The translations under genes and the position numbers were made by a program. A stretch of 64,000 bases of DNA, from positions 7,535,095 to 7,599,094 of the forward strand of contig MU054391.1 in NCBI GenBank assembly GCA_013239625.1, read 5' to 3'. This DNA comes from Lama guanicoe (taxonomy: Eukaryota). Positions 12,020 to 23,829 of this stretch are shown piece after piece (position 1 is the first letter of the stretch; every line of letters starts with the position of its first letter). The notes under the pieces were generated by a model. The model made no database searches, was not told where the DNA came from, and saw only the letters and a list, made by a program, of their open reading frames with translations.

Positions 12020-12495
12020 TGCCAGCTAAACACTGGTACTCGCTGGCTGCCTCTACAAGGAGGAAGTCATGCGCCGCTGCTTTTGCTGCCCTTCAATACA
12101 TCCTGAAAGGAGTTCAGGGTGGAGATCAGCAACAAGGCACTCTGTGCTCAAGGAAAAACTGGCAGAACAGGCCTTCAGATACTTAGATATTTTCAGGAGA
12201 TTTTTTTGGCCCAAACTCTTGCATCTTCTCGTATCTAGAAAAGCGTTAAATTCATTAACCGAGACATCCGCTCCTCGTGACGAGCAGCAAGCCTTCGCCA
12301 AAATGTGTGTGTGCTTGGCTGCACGTGCCCCCTTTCTCTAAAGTCATATATAGTTCTCACTCCCCTCCTTGCCCCTTCGAAGCTATTCCCCAGAGTTGTC
12401 TGATAGGCTGTTCCTTGGGCTATTATTCTCATTTTGCCCCAAATAAAACTTAACTCACAACTCTTATGTTGTGCAATTTTTTTTTTCAATCAACA
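12020..12495 (+). mobile_element. ERV1-like solo LTR (about 476 bp)
   Basis: Starts TG, ends CA; TATA-like CATATATAG near 12345; AATAAA at about 12441; near-TSD ATTC/ATAC; retains more CpG than its flanks. Confidence 0.75.
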
Positions 12496-13194
12496 ATACT
12501 CATGTGAATTTTAGTGCCTGAATTCTTTGCAGAATTTAACGTACTGTTTGCTGCTTTGGCTGACACTCATTATGGTGCCCGGTTCCCTTGTGAGTGCCTG
12601 TTTTGTTCCTACTGTTTCAGTGTTTCCTGAAATGTGGTCCATTCAAATCATTTGAAGCCCAAATTATGACTTGAGTTCCAAAATTATTCCAGAGAATACC
12701 CGCTTTTGCCTCTGCTGGGCACCTGAGAAAACTAGCTACAATAATCATACAAAACTCTTGGCTTGGAACTCTTAGGAACACACTGATATTTCAGACCATG
12801 AAGATACCTGAGGTCCAACTGATGGTTAGTAATTCTCTGGGAGTATCACCCTTACTCCTCACAGCATTCAAAGCTAAAGGTGAATAGACAGGTTTCTTTG
12901 TACTTTCTTTCTTGGAGTATTTTTTCTACTGCAATTTTTTTTTTTGATTAAGGATAAAGTTCTTGGTCATCCTGGCTTTTACAGGAGTTTCCCATCCAGC
13001 TACTTTCCTTGTGCAGGCCCTGGGCACTGCCTTCTATTTCCTTGATGGATGTGCTCTTTCACAGAAGATCACAGATGCCCCCAAGACACATGATGCTTTA
13101 GCTCTGATCTCTGGATTCTGGTTCCATTGGCAGTTGGCTTCTGAGGTTTTTCCTCAGCATCTTTCAAGATCATCCATTCACTTAAATTATCCAT

Positions 13195-13290
13195 ATTATA
13201 CATATCATGTATAATATACATGAATATAAAATTTATTATAATAAATATATAATAAACATTTATATATAAATATATACAGTACGTATTTAT
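13195..13290. repeat. AT-rich low-complexity (TA)n-like tract
   Basis: ATATTATACATATCATGTATAATATACATG...TATATATAAATATATAC. Confidence 0.8.
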
Positions 13291-13424
13291 GATACATAAT
13301 TAACCAGTGTGCCCTTCTTGATCTAATTTGCTACTTTGCTTTCTTACCACTTTGGCAAAGTTGCTCTCTTCTTTGCTGTCCTCAACCCAAGGAAGTTTGT
13401 ATCTTGCTATAGTATTTATGTCTT

Positions 13425-13740
13425 TATTTCTTCATGCATTCATGTATTTAGCAAAGACAGACTTTCACCTACTAGGATCAAACCTTGTGCTTGACTTTTC
13501 TGACCCAGGAGTGGGTAAGACTTGATTTTTGTTGCCAAAGAATTTTCAGTGCGCAGGAGGGGGACAGACTGGGAATCAGGTAGTAACCTGCAGTGTGGTA
13601 ACCAAGGTAGATGTTGGTTGAAGTGGAAGCACAAAGGGAGGGAAGTTAACTCGGACTGGAGTGGGCAAACTTGTCCAGCCTTCTGGAAGACGTGACACCC
13701 GAGATGTCCCATGAAGCAAGAATGAGACCTAGGAGAGGAT
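13425..13740 (-). mobile_element. L2 3' fragment
   Basis: TTCATGCATTCATGTATTTAGCAAAGAC..CACCTACTAGG..TGTGCT tail followed by purine-rich body. Confidence 0.55.
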
Positions 13741-14359
13741 TTCTCAGGAGTAGCATATGATTAGGCAAAAATTACTGATTATTTAAACCTGCTCAATGTT
13801 TTTCTGATACTGTGTCTTTCATCATTGTTTTCCCCTAACACAATTTTTACGCTCAGGACAGATCTTGAAATTCTTACAGCACTTAAAGTTTAAAACCTAA
13901 TGTTCCTTCCTCTCTGAAGTCCACCCAGGAACTCAGTACAAATGAATACTTCCCCCTTCTTGTCCTCAGTGTGTCCCATCATTTGGTTCCTAATTCTTAA
14001 GAAAACTCTCAATTTGCAATTATTTGTAAGTGGGTTCCCATGGTTTGTGAACTTTTTAACAGCAAAGTACTCACATTACTTTCCTCTGTAACCTCATGGT
14101 CTCGATTTTTCACTTTTACTCTCCCATGTCTCTGCTTCACCACATCAGGAAATGACAAGACCAAATGACTGTAAACACAGCAAGAGGGACCTGGGAGAGA
14201 TGTACAGTAGAACTGCCTGACAGGAATCGTCACAAGTGAAACAGGTCAAAAAGGAGCAGTGTGAACTGTACGCTGTCTGTCCTGAGATACAGCGACACAG
14301 CTGTGACCTCTTCCTCTGATTCCAACTAGCTATATGATCTCTTAATTCTCACTTTGAAT

Positions 14360-14660
14360 GCCGACTGGTTGGTATATGGGCATAGGATTGATGGGTGGAA
14401 TGTGGAGACAGAGGCCAGGATGACTTGTAGATTGCTGGTGTGGCCATTTGCCCAGTAGTGTTTCCATCCCCTGAGCGAGATCTGGTCCAGTGGTGGTGGG
14501 GTGTGGAGGTACTGACTGAGATTGGGACCTGCTTGTGAAACCTACTCTTGGAAATGACCAGTAGGCAGCTGTATCCAGATCTGGAGTAAGTGTGCTCTGA
14601 TCAGGAGGTATAATAACAGAAGGGAGCAAGTTCAAATTTGTGTAATCCATTTAGTTCATG
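14360..14660 (-). mobile_element. L2 fragment
   Basis: GGAAATGACCAGTAGGCAGCTGTATCCAGATCTGGAG is a recognisable L2 internal motif. Confidence 0.6.
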
Positions 14661-16589
14661 ATTTAGTTGACTTTATACACTGATTTTCATCTTTCAAGTG
14701 AAGCACCCAAAATATTTCACTACGATCCCTTTTGGAATCCCATTGCTCCTGAATGCTCCCTAGCATTTTTACGGCTTTTCTTTGGCTAGAGGACATCAGA
14801 AGGGAAGGCATGAGCTTGCAGGTCCACAGTCGCCGTGCCAGCACTGCTGTGCCGCCTGGACCTGACAGCTCCCCTCTCTGCACATCGGTCTCCTTTATCT
14901 GTGAATGGAGGGATGGGAAGGAATGAACGCTCAGGTGGCATTTTCACCTGAATTCTTCTGAGTCTCAGTCTGGTTTGGAGGGAGAACTAGGGTTCAGATT
15001 AGGAGTAGACTTTTGTTTAGAACCTCCCAGCCTTTTTTGGACTCTTGCTGTATCATGAAAAACAGAAAAGCTCTTTGTACCACCCAGCCCCACAGCAACT
15101 GTCCTTCTGGTCCAGACCACGTGTTCAAAGAGGAGAACTAGCAAACAAAGGATGTAAGCTAAGTGTGCAAGTGTAGGTTGACTTTTTGTTGCCTTATTTT
15201 TTCTTTCCTATAATAAGCAAACAAGAACAATAACAAAACTTTAAAGAAGTTAAAACAAAATAATTGAAAGAATTACATTCGGATCTTCATAAGCAAAGTT
15301 TCTTTTTAGTCAGAATGCTCCAGGGTCAGCAGTTTAGGGAAACAATGACATTCAGGTAAACAAATTATTCAACCGTAGTAATTAGAGGTGGGTTTTTTAC
15401 CTTAGTAATAGAGGTGGGTTTTTGATCTTTTGGGAGAACAGCTCTTGTCTCATTTTAGTAGTTTATTTTTTGCTTTTTGCTTAAGTCTCTCTCCTCTCAA
15501 AGGTACCCCAAGGCCGAGGTCTGAATCTCATTTATTATGTGCATTCAATTCCTGACGGCATGTCTGAAACTCAGTAGATGTTTGTTGATTGAATGACAGT
15601 CGTTATTACCCTGGAATTTTTTAGCACAAAATCCCTAACTGCAAATGGCTTTAAAAACACAGAAAAGAGACATTAGAAAGTCAACTTCTAATTTTCATTT
15701 ACAGGGTCTTCTTTCAGAGTAAATCTTTTAGAAACAAAACTATTATAGTACAGAAAGGGGCTTAGGGACCCGAGCCCAGTAATATTTACAGACAGATTCA
15801 GGATAGTCTTGAAGAGAAGAGAAGGAGTTGGTAACTCATACAAGTCCCGGATCAGAAGTCTGAGGGAAGTAGAGACACTGACTTATCATTTACATAACCA
15901 CCCTGCCTTAATGAAGTGCCACTATCAGCAGCAGGCTTGAGGGTCTTTAGTCAAGCAAAGAGCTAATAGTGGGAGGAAATGAGGCAAAAATATGTAGTTT
16001 GTCAAGGCTGAGTTGAGATTTGAGTTACCCAAGAAAGACACTTCCTGCTTTGAATCTGAAAATTAAAAGTGAAACTTGGGGGTAGACATGAGTCATCAGG
16101 TGACAGGAACTCAAGTGTTTCCCACAGCCTGCAGGGTCTTGCGAGGATGACTTATCTTGAGCTGCTGAACCCTGGCTTGGTGGGCTATGCAGGCAAAGAG
16201 GGAGCTGTCAGATCATGAGCGTGTGCAGTTAACAGTCACTAAATTCACATATTTCTTCTTTGATTCCAGGTAGCAGTCGTTCCAGGCACTGTTTTATGCA
16301 CAGGAATTACAACTATGAATGAAACTGGGTGGCACTTGGTGGCAGGGACTAGAGGGGAGTACAGGGAGGTGGCACAGCCAGCCCTGGCTCTCCTGCCAAT
16401 GGAAAATAAAGTGGGCCTCCCTGGACCTCTCTACTTTTTCTCTTCTAATCCCTCAATCATTAACAAAGCCCCACCCACTTTTAAACCATTACTACAACTG
16501 GACAGAACCAAGAGGAGAAGACCGAATTTAAAGCACAGGCGCCAATGGCCTGATAACATAGTGGGTGCTTAGTCCTGATCATTAGTCCT

Positions 16590-16990
16590 TGCTCACCACA
16601 TTTAGCCATCTGATTTTGCTCAGATTTCTTTATTTCTCTAGGTTTTGAGCTCTTCGCTTATAAATTAAGGATAATATTAGTATGTACCTGACAGGTTTGT
16701 TAAGAGAAGGACGAGTGTGCTGTCTTACACACTTGGCACAGTGCTTGGTGGGATCATCCAGTCTACCTTACTGCATTTGGGGGGAAAATGAAGGAACTTA
16801 AGGCCCAGAAAAGAGAGCTGACTTGCCTTCACTTGGTTCAAAATATTCAAAGCAGACTTCAGCTGTGGGTGAGACCTTCCATTCCCTTTTACAGCTGAGA
16901 AAGCTGCGACTTGGGGAAGTGACAGACGAAAGGGGACTCAGGTAATTAGTTGGAGCGCTGGAGCTGGGCCCAGGTCTTCCATCATCCAGG
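16590..16990. mobile_element. Two MIR fragments (+ at about 16590-16750, - at about 16880-16990)
   Basis: CTTATAAATTAAGGATAATATTAGTATGTACCTGACAGG..CTTGGCACAGTGCTTGG; CCCTTTTACAGCTGAGAAAGCTGCGACTTGGGGAAGTG. Confidence 0.6.
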
Positions 16991-17309
16991 CTCATCCTCG
17001 ACATCACAGGTCTGGGGCAGAGATGGGACAGAGATGGGACATAACCATGCCTTCTCTTTCTTCAGCCTCCCTATGCTGTGTCAGTTTCTCTAGACCAAGA
17101 AGAGCAGGCTGACTCATAACGGCTTACGAGAATGATGCCAGGATCTGACTTGGCCTCAGGACCAGGCTCCAGTGAAACTCACTACCAGACTCTAGAGGGT
17201 TCTGTGGCCAGCTGGTCAGCAGGGTGAGTGCAGGCCCCCGGGGCTCCAAGACCTGCACGTGGGTCGTGGTGTGTCCGCCCCCCCCACTCTCCTCCGCTCT
17301 GTAGGTAAA

Positions 17310-17820
17310 GCCGGGAGGTTTTGCGTTGAGCTCAAGTTTGCTGCCACCTCTGCAGCCTTGCCCTGACTGTATAACTCCCCTAAGCCTCAATTTTCTTAAC
17401 CTTATACGGTAAATAATTACACATCCACCTCAGGGAGCTGGAGGGAGGTTCAAAGGAGGAAAAAAATTGTGTGTGTGTGTTATAAACTCTGTAATATAGA
17501 AGGTAAATGTGTAACGGCATTATTAAGAAATCACTTTATTTTGTGAAATTACAAAATTCAATTTTTAAAAAGCCACTGTATTGTTATTATCGTTGCTGTT
17601 GGCTTCTGTTGATTTGAGGGTGTAGCGAGGGGACAGGGTGCTGCCTTCCAACCGTTTTGTATCTTCCATCCATTGCAAACTTGGCCTGTAAGAGCCTGGA
17701 ATTCCTCAGCTCCTCCATCTATAAAATGGAGATTAAAAATACTTGTTTTGCAAGACTATTGAAAACCCAAGATAAAATAACAAGCCTGGAACTAAGCCGC
17801 AGAAGTAAGCATCCATGTCA
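17310..17820 (+). mobile_element. Two MIR fragments (about 17310-17510 and 17700-17820)
   Basis: CCCTAAGCCTCAATTTTCTTAACCTTATA; CCTCAGCTCCTCCATCTATAAAATGGAGATTAAAAATAC. Confidence 0.6.
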
Positions 17821-19224
17821 GTCATGGTGTCTTCGTTTCCGGTGTTTAAGGAGACCTGGGCAAAGTAAGCAAATGTGGTTTTAAAACAAACAAACCAAAC
17901 TGAAAACGGAATTTTTTTTTTCCGAAAAGGAAATGTTAAAACACCTGGAGGAACTGAATCGCAAAGCCACAGATTCTCAGTTTCTGGGGAGGATGGATTT
18001 AGCTCATCCTCCTCTGGAGGAAACGGTGTCTAAATCTGAGAAATAGCTGATGGGAACACAGGGCACAGTTGAAGGACCATGGGCTGGAAATGATAAAGGG
18101 GAGAAAGCACCAGGGGCTACGCGTGCCAGGAGCATCCCGGAAGGTCCCCCGACTCCGGCCGCCCTGCAGAGCGAGGGAGAAAAGGCCACGAGGTAGAGCA
18201 GGGCCAGGCGAGAAGGGTGAAGGTCCCTGGGGTGCCTCTCTCCCTTACCCGGCCCTGGGAAACCATCTTTGAGGTCAACGCCTTCCAGCCCATGAGGATC
18301 AGTGTGTCACCCACAGTGACAGCAGGTGTTCCTCACACAGGACAGCTCCATCCTCTGGGAGAACCTCATCCAGGGAGGCCAAGTGGCAGATGTTCCAGGG
18401 TCCTCACAGTGGAGCTTTTGAGGGTCTGGTGCAGAACATCAGCTTGTAGACAGAGCGTTCACTCCAGGCTTCCTTCAGGTGTTGGTACTTCAGTTTTAGT
18501 CTCAGGTCTGATGTTTGCCGATAAAATACTCCGTAGTCCCTCTCCCAGCCCCACAGAATATTAAAGATGGACACTTTTCTAGAGGCAGCCTTGGGGAAAT
18601 ACTAACACGGTAAGTGGCCATCTCCTGTCTCTCTCTGTAGGTAGAAGTTGAAACCTCGTGAACAGATTGCAGCCCAGATTACAGGAATATGGTGAGAAAG
18701 AAATAACAATGTGAGAAAAATAATGGACTTTATTTATCTGTTTAACAATCATTTACAAATGCCTACTGGGTACCAGGAACCCAGAGATATAACAGGCCCT
18801 GTCTTCAGGGAAATGATAGGCTATTGGGAGATTCAGCCATGAATCAAATAATCACCCTCAGTGAGGACACGGTGCCACAGAGATAGATGCTAGGAGAGAG
18901 AAGCATGTAATTTTATAAAAACAGGACACCTGGACTAGCCTGAGGTCAAGTGTGATGTCTTTCAACTTGAGTCAGGCTGAGGAGAAGGCAAGTGTGTTGA
19001 GGAAGAGGGTCACAGGAGGAGGGACGAGCATGTGTCCAGATGTTGTGATGGGAGGGATGGATGCTCATTTGAGGAGCCTCATAGATGGCCATGCAGGCGC
19101 CCCTTCTCTCCACCTGAGTGTGGATGCTTTCAGGCCGAGGGTTTGGGGAAGAGCCAGCCCATACAAGGTCATGCACATTGTGTTGAGAACTTGGTCTTGA
19201 TACTAAGTGCAGTGGAGAGCCTGG

Positions 19225-19664
19225 TGTATTAGTCTGGGTTTTTCCAGAGAAACAAGATGCACATACACATATGTGAAGTTCAAGAAATCCAAGATCTGCA
19301 GTCAGCAAGCTGAAGACCCAGGACAGCTCGTGCTCCAGGTCCAGGTCTGAGTCCCCGGGCCTGAGAACCAGGGATGCTGATGGGGTACATTTCCGTCTGA
19401 GTCTGAGTCCAAAGGCAGGAGGTGGCCGATGTCCCTGCCGGCGGTCTGAGAGAAGAAATCCCCTCTTCTTCAGCCTTCTGCTCTATTTGGGCCTTCGGGG
19501 GACTGGGTGAGGCCCACACACGGTGGAGAAGGTGACCTTCAGACTATCAATTCAAATGTTCATCTCATCCAGAAACATCCCCAGACACCCAGAAATAATG
19601 CTTAACCAAATATTTGTGCATCCATGGCCCAGTGAATTTGACACACAAAATCTAACAGTCAGTG
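19225..19664 (-). mobile_element. MLT2B-like ERVL solo LTR
   Basis: TGTATTAGTCTGGGTTTTTCCAGAGAAACA start; AAATAATGCTTAACCAAATAT..TGGCCCAGTGAATTTGACACACAAAAT end; flanked by GCCTGG at 19219-19224 and 19665-19670. Confidence 0.88.
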
Positions 19665-20029
19665 GCCTGGCAGTGCACCTACAGTTCACATTGCACTGTT
19701 TGAAAGTTCTTCGCAGGGTACCAAGAGTCAAGCAGGAAGCTCCCAGCCTCATGGTTTTCCTGGACAGTGGTCTCTGTATTTTTCTTCTAGCTGTTCATTA
19801 TCACGTGCTCGCCCATGTTTTCTTTACCTTGTGCAGTTAACATCCACTTGCAAAATCTTCCGTGGCAGAAGCAATTAGACCCTTTCTATGTAAATCGTCA
19901 TTTCCCGATTTCAGGATACTTTCCCAGCTAGAATAAGGTATAACCTTCTCCCTGACCACCCACTTTCAGGGACTCCAGGCAATGTTTGTGATGGACTTAT
20001 TTTTATATAATAATTAAAGCCAGAGATTC

Positions 20030-20935
20030 ATTTATTCATGTTCTTTTAATAAATTGCAATCAGGTCAAATCAAAGCTTAGGCTTCTGGAGAGTTAAAAAC
20101 AATTCAAATCCTACTCTTAGAAGACTCAGGGTCTAATAAGAAAAATAAGATATGGAAGAAAGTGAGCATTTTCATAAAAGTGTTTCAAAGACGCTCCCTT
20201 GAGTGGTCAAAGGAGGGACCTGAGGGAGGGCTTTGCAGAGAAGGTGGTGATTTAGGTAGAAGGTGCATTGCATTCCTGCAGAAGGAACTGGAGAGAGAAT
20301 GTTTGGAAAGTAGAGAGAGAACTGGGTTGTTAGAAGGAGGGTGTGTAAGGCTGGTGGTGGGTGAGGCCGGAAGAAGACTGGAGACAGTGCGTGGAGAACC
20401 TTGGGTGGTGTTTTGTTTCCTAAGCAAAAGGAGAGTTGGAGTTGTTTGAGCAGGAGGTTACCATAATCACAACCGTGCTTGAAAAAAAAGAATATCATTT
20501 AGCAACTTCTAGGATGTGCTGTGCCTGGGTGCCTGGGTGCCTGGGTGCCTGGGTCAGGGAGGATGCATCCATGGTCCCAGGGACAGATAATGAAGGCCTC
20601 AGCAGGGGCGGTAAGGATGGAGATGAGGAGTAGGGGGTTCAAGAGATACTGCAAATGTTTAATCAATAGGTGTTGGCAACCAGTTGAGTATAGGCAACCA
20701 GGAAGAGGGAGAGGCCAGAGACCACTGTGATTTTACCTTCCTGGGCGATGCAAAGTTTGTTCTATGATTCCCAGGTAGCCTGGGTATGCCTTTTCCTGGA
20801 GTTCTAATGGAGTGGCCATAACTGGTGTTTCAAGCTGCTGCAGGGAGCACAGAGATGGTCACAATCATCTTGACGCCCCCCAGGATTAGCCCACCACATA
20901 CTGAGACCTCATAAAAATTGGTGAAATGAATGATG
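20030..20935. mobile_element. L2 fragments (- at about 20030-20745; + 3' tail at about 20750-20935)
   Basis: ATTCATTTATTCAT tail, GGCCTCAGCAGGGGCGGTAAGGATGGAGATGAGGAG body; second piece ends CTCATAAAAATTGGTGAAATGAATGA. Confidence 0.6.
20521..20554. repeat. (GTGCCTGG)4 tandem repeat
   Basis: Four perfect 8-bp units seen directly. Confidence 0.95.
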
Positions 20936-20977
20936 CCAGTAGAATGCATGTTGACACAATGGCTCCATCACTAGTGA

Positions 20978-21060
20978 CAGGAGGCTATCTCGTGCAGTCT
21001 AGCAGGATGCTCCCTGCACAACTCCAGGGGGTGATGTGCACAATCCATCATGGTCCCCTG
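20978..21060. mobile_element. MER91-like hAT MITE remnant
   Basis: CTGCACAACTCCAGGGGGTG...GTGCACAA...CCCCTG resembles the MER91 palindromic core TGCACAACTCCAGGGGGCGCC. Confidence 0.5.
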
Positions 21061-21419
21061 AGAACGTGGTGAGGGCAGTAGGCTGGAGGGGATGTCACAG
21101 TGTCTTAACCTTATCAGGCTCCCAGCCTATCTCCATTGTGGGATGATTATGGGGGACAGAGTGGGGCTACTGGAGTGGCATGGCTACTGGACTTTGATCC
21201 ATATATGTGAGCCTCAGGACAAGATACTGCATCCTGTCCATGCATTGTCGTAGACCCGCCACCCACATTTGCCAGATTGCTTAACCTCTTACCTTTAGCA
21301 TCCTGAGAGATAAAATGCTGGGGTCCAGATCTAAAATGCTCTGATTTTAAGATTTTTAAAGGATCTTTATTGAAATAACCAAACTGAGGGTCCCCTCCGT
21401 CCTCTATTCCCTTAACTGA

Positions 21420-21650
21420 CTCCTTTCACCCTTTTGGATACAGTTCAGACTCCATGTCTTCCGAGCAGCCTTCTGACACCCAGCCTGAGTTACATGTTCC
21501 TTCTCAAAGCGTGTGACTTGCTGGCTCACCAGTGTCATAGGTCGAATCGCCTCACTCGTGTCTGCTCCTTGGGGGAAGTGCTGTGTCTTACTTAGCACGG
21601 TGTCCCGGTGCCTGCACATAATAGGTGTGCAGTAAACATTCATCAAATGA
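21420..21650 (+). mobile_element. L2 3' end
   Basis: CTTAGCACGGTGTCCCGGTGCCTGCACATAATAGGTGTGCAGTAAACATTCATCAAATGA. Confidence 0.65.
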
Positions 21651-21859
21651 GAAAAGAAGACTGCTGCTTAGGTTATAATTGCCATTTTAATATAGATGCA
21701 GTCAAGAATTCCATTTATACAGCAAACTGAACAGAGTTGTAAAAAACAACGTGATGTAAATGTAGTCATTCAAGCGTTTCTTTCTTGAAACGTTTCAATC
21801 TTGAAAGTGGTGGGGGAGTGCCAGGAATATTGAAATTTACAAATGTATAAGAAGAAGAT

Positions 21860-22330
21860 GTAGGGAAATTTTCAAGGGTCCTTCAAGGTCAGGTGAGGTC
21901 CCAGCAGCCTAGCAATTTTTGATGTAATTTCTGATGTAATCAGAACCTCGGGGTTCTGACCTAATGTTCCATGAAAATAGGCAATGCCAAAACCAGAGAA
22001 CTTTGAAGGGGGAGGGTATTTTTCCTGGGGTGATTTGGGAAAACATGTTTGCCTGTGACTAATTCCCCTCCTGCGAACTGCTGGTATTATCTTTGAGGGT
22101 TTTCAAGATAAACAGATATAAGCTGTTGTCAAGTTTCGCCAGACAAAACAAACAGACCCGGGGTCTTTTAAAGTGTCTGCACTTCCACAGTATCACCCCC
22201 CCACCACCACCACCACTGCTTGTGAGGCTGTGGTTTTGTGGTGTTGTGGGTGGTGGGGTGACAAAGGAAGTGTGCAGGGAAGGGGCGCACACTACAGAGA
22301 GGAGAGCGTGGTCGGGTCGAGCGCTGGGCT
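21860..22330. promoter_or_regulatory. Candidate enhancer (nuclear-receptor DR4 array, C/EBP-ATF, GATA, RUNX, ETS motifs)
   Basis: Motifs seen in non-repeat sequence with retained CpGs; function is inferred only. Confidence 0.35.
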
Positions 22331-23829
22331 GTCCCAGGAATCCCGTTTCCAGTGCGCTTCCATCAACACAGCAATTACCCAGCATCCGCCCTCTGCCTAG
22401 CCCTGTGCCAGGTCCCAAGGACACAAATGCAGATAGACACTGTCCTTGCACTTCACCTTGAGAAGTTACTTACGTGAAAAGAGAATGCACGGAGAATGGA
22501 GTTGACTTATTGCTCTGCAGGAGCATCACAGCATTGCCTGCTGGGGAAGGCTCATGCCACCAGTGATCAGAAGCGACAAGTCTAGCCCCGGCACTGTCAT
22601 CCACTGTCTTTGTGACAGTGAGCATCTTTCTTCCCATTCTGGGCGTCAGTCTTCATACCTGTAAAGAGGTACCTCTTATTCCTTCCAAGTTGGACTTACT
22701 CTCCGGGATCCTTCTAGCTTCACTGATCAGACTTTCAAAGAAGCTAGAAACTGTTGGATGAAAAGAATTGATCTACCTGACTCAGAGGGCTCGGAGTCCC
22801 TTTTGCCTTCATGTAAATGATTACACAAGGAAATGAAAGCAACTCAGCACTGACATGGCCTTGGCTCTGCCAATGAGATGATAATTTGTGGTCAGTGCCA
22901 GATGCAACATCTCCTTCTTGGACTGTGTCACAAAATCAAAACAGCTGTTTGGGACTGAAAGCAACTTTCACTGCGTCCCAGATGTTCCACCAGATGCCTT
23001 CTCCTGGGTCACCTGACTCAGCCTTCCTGGAAATACACAAGCATTTCAAATACTTGAGTGAGGAACCAGGGAGGTGACCACCCACCTTCCTCCTGAAAAT
23101 ATTTCCATATGGTGTGTTGGTGATGTTTTTCTTTTATCTTTTATCTGCCTGCGAATACGGCTGTATGTAGAATATTCTGGTGACACATGTGGACTCTTCT
23201 GCAGGTAGACAGGTCACCCCCCAATGAAAGTCACCTTTTGGTTGTCAGTTCACATCCACTGTCTTTCTCTCCTTTCCCAGTCGTCCCGGGAGCCCTTTAA
23301 GTTGGCTATGTTGTGCAGACACGCTACCCCTGTGTGTTGTACTTGATGTGAGAATCACCCACTCATGGCCTGCAATCCCGTGGTGGCGTGAGGAATAGCG
23401 CAGCAGCCAGTGGGGACCGGCCCAGCCCCGCTCCCCTGCCTGGGGAGGGAGGGTCACAGTGAACACACGAACTGGCCCACAGGTGTCTTGTGTCTGCTGT
23501 GAGAGGCCTGAATCCAGGAGAGACCTTTCTCCTTTCTCCTCTTTTATCTAGGCTCGATGGTGTAGACTAGTCCTATTCAGAAGACAAGATGGTTCCGTAG
23601 AAAACAGAAGGTGGCTAATTAATACATTGACGATAAGTGTTGCCTTCATATTCGTAAGTACAAAAATACAGCCAGAAATAAGCAGGGGTTTTCATGCGGG
23701 CATATTAGCAAAACATTGTATCTTTGAGTCAGAGCCGAGATCCTAAATAAAAATAACCTTGGAGGAACCTAAATAAAAATAATTTAGCTAGTATATCTCA
23801 AGAGCCTTAGAAATTTTGGACATAATTGC

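Larger units (their letters stand above)
10400..13190 (-). mobile_element. Old L1ME/HAL1-like fragment (ORF1-side), interrupted by a younger L1 and an LTR
   Basis: Long T-rich tract with CTTCCTTCTGGGATCATTTTATTTCTTTCTGAAG, TTCTTAAAAGATATTTT, TTTCTAGAACATTTATTTGGTTATTTTTCAAATCT, typical of antisense L1M/HAL1. Confidence 0.6.
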
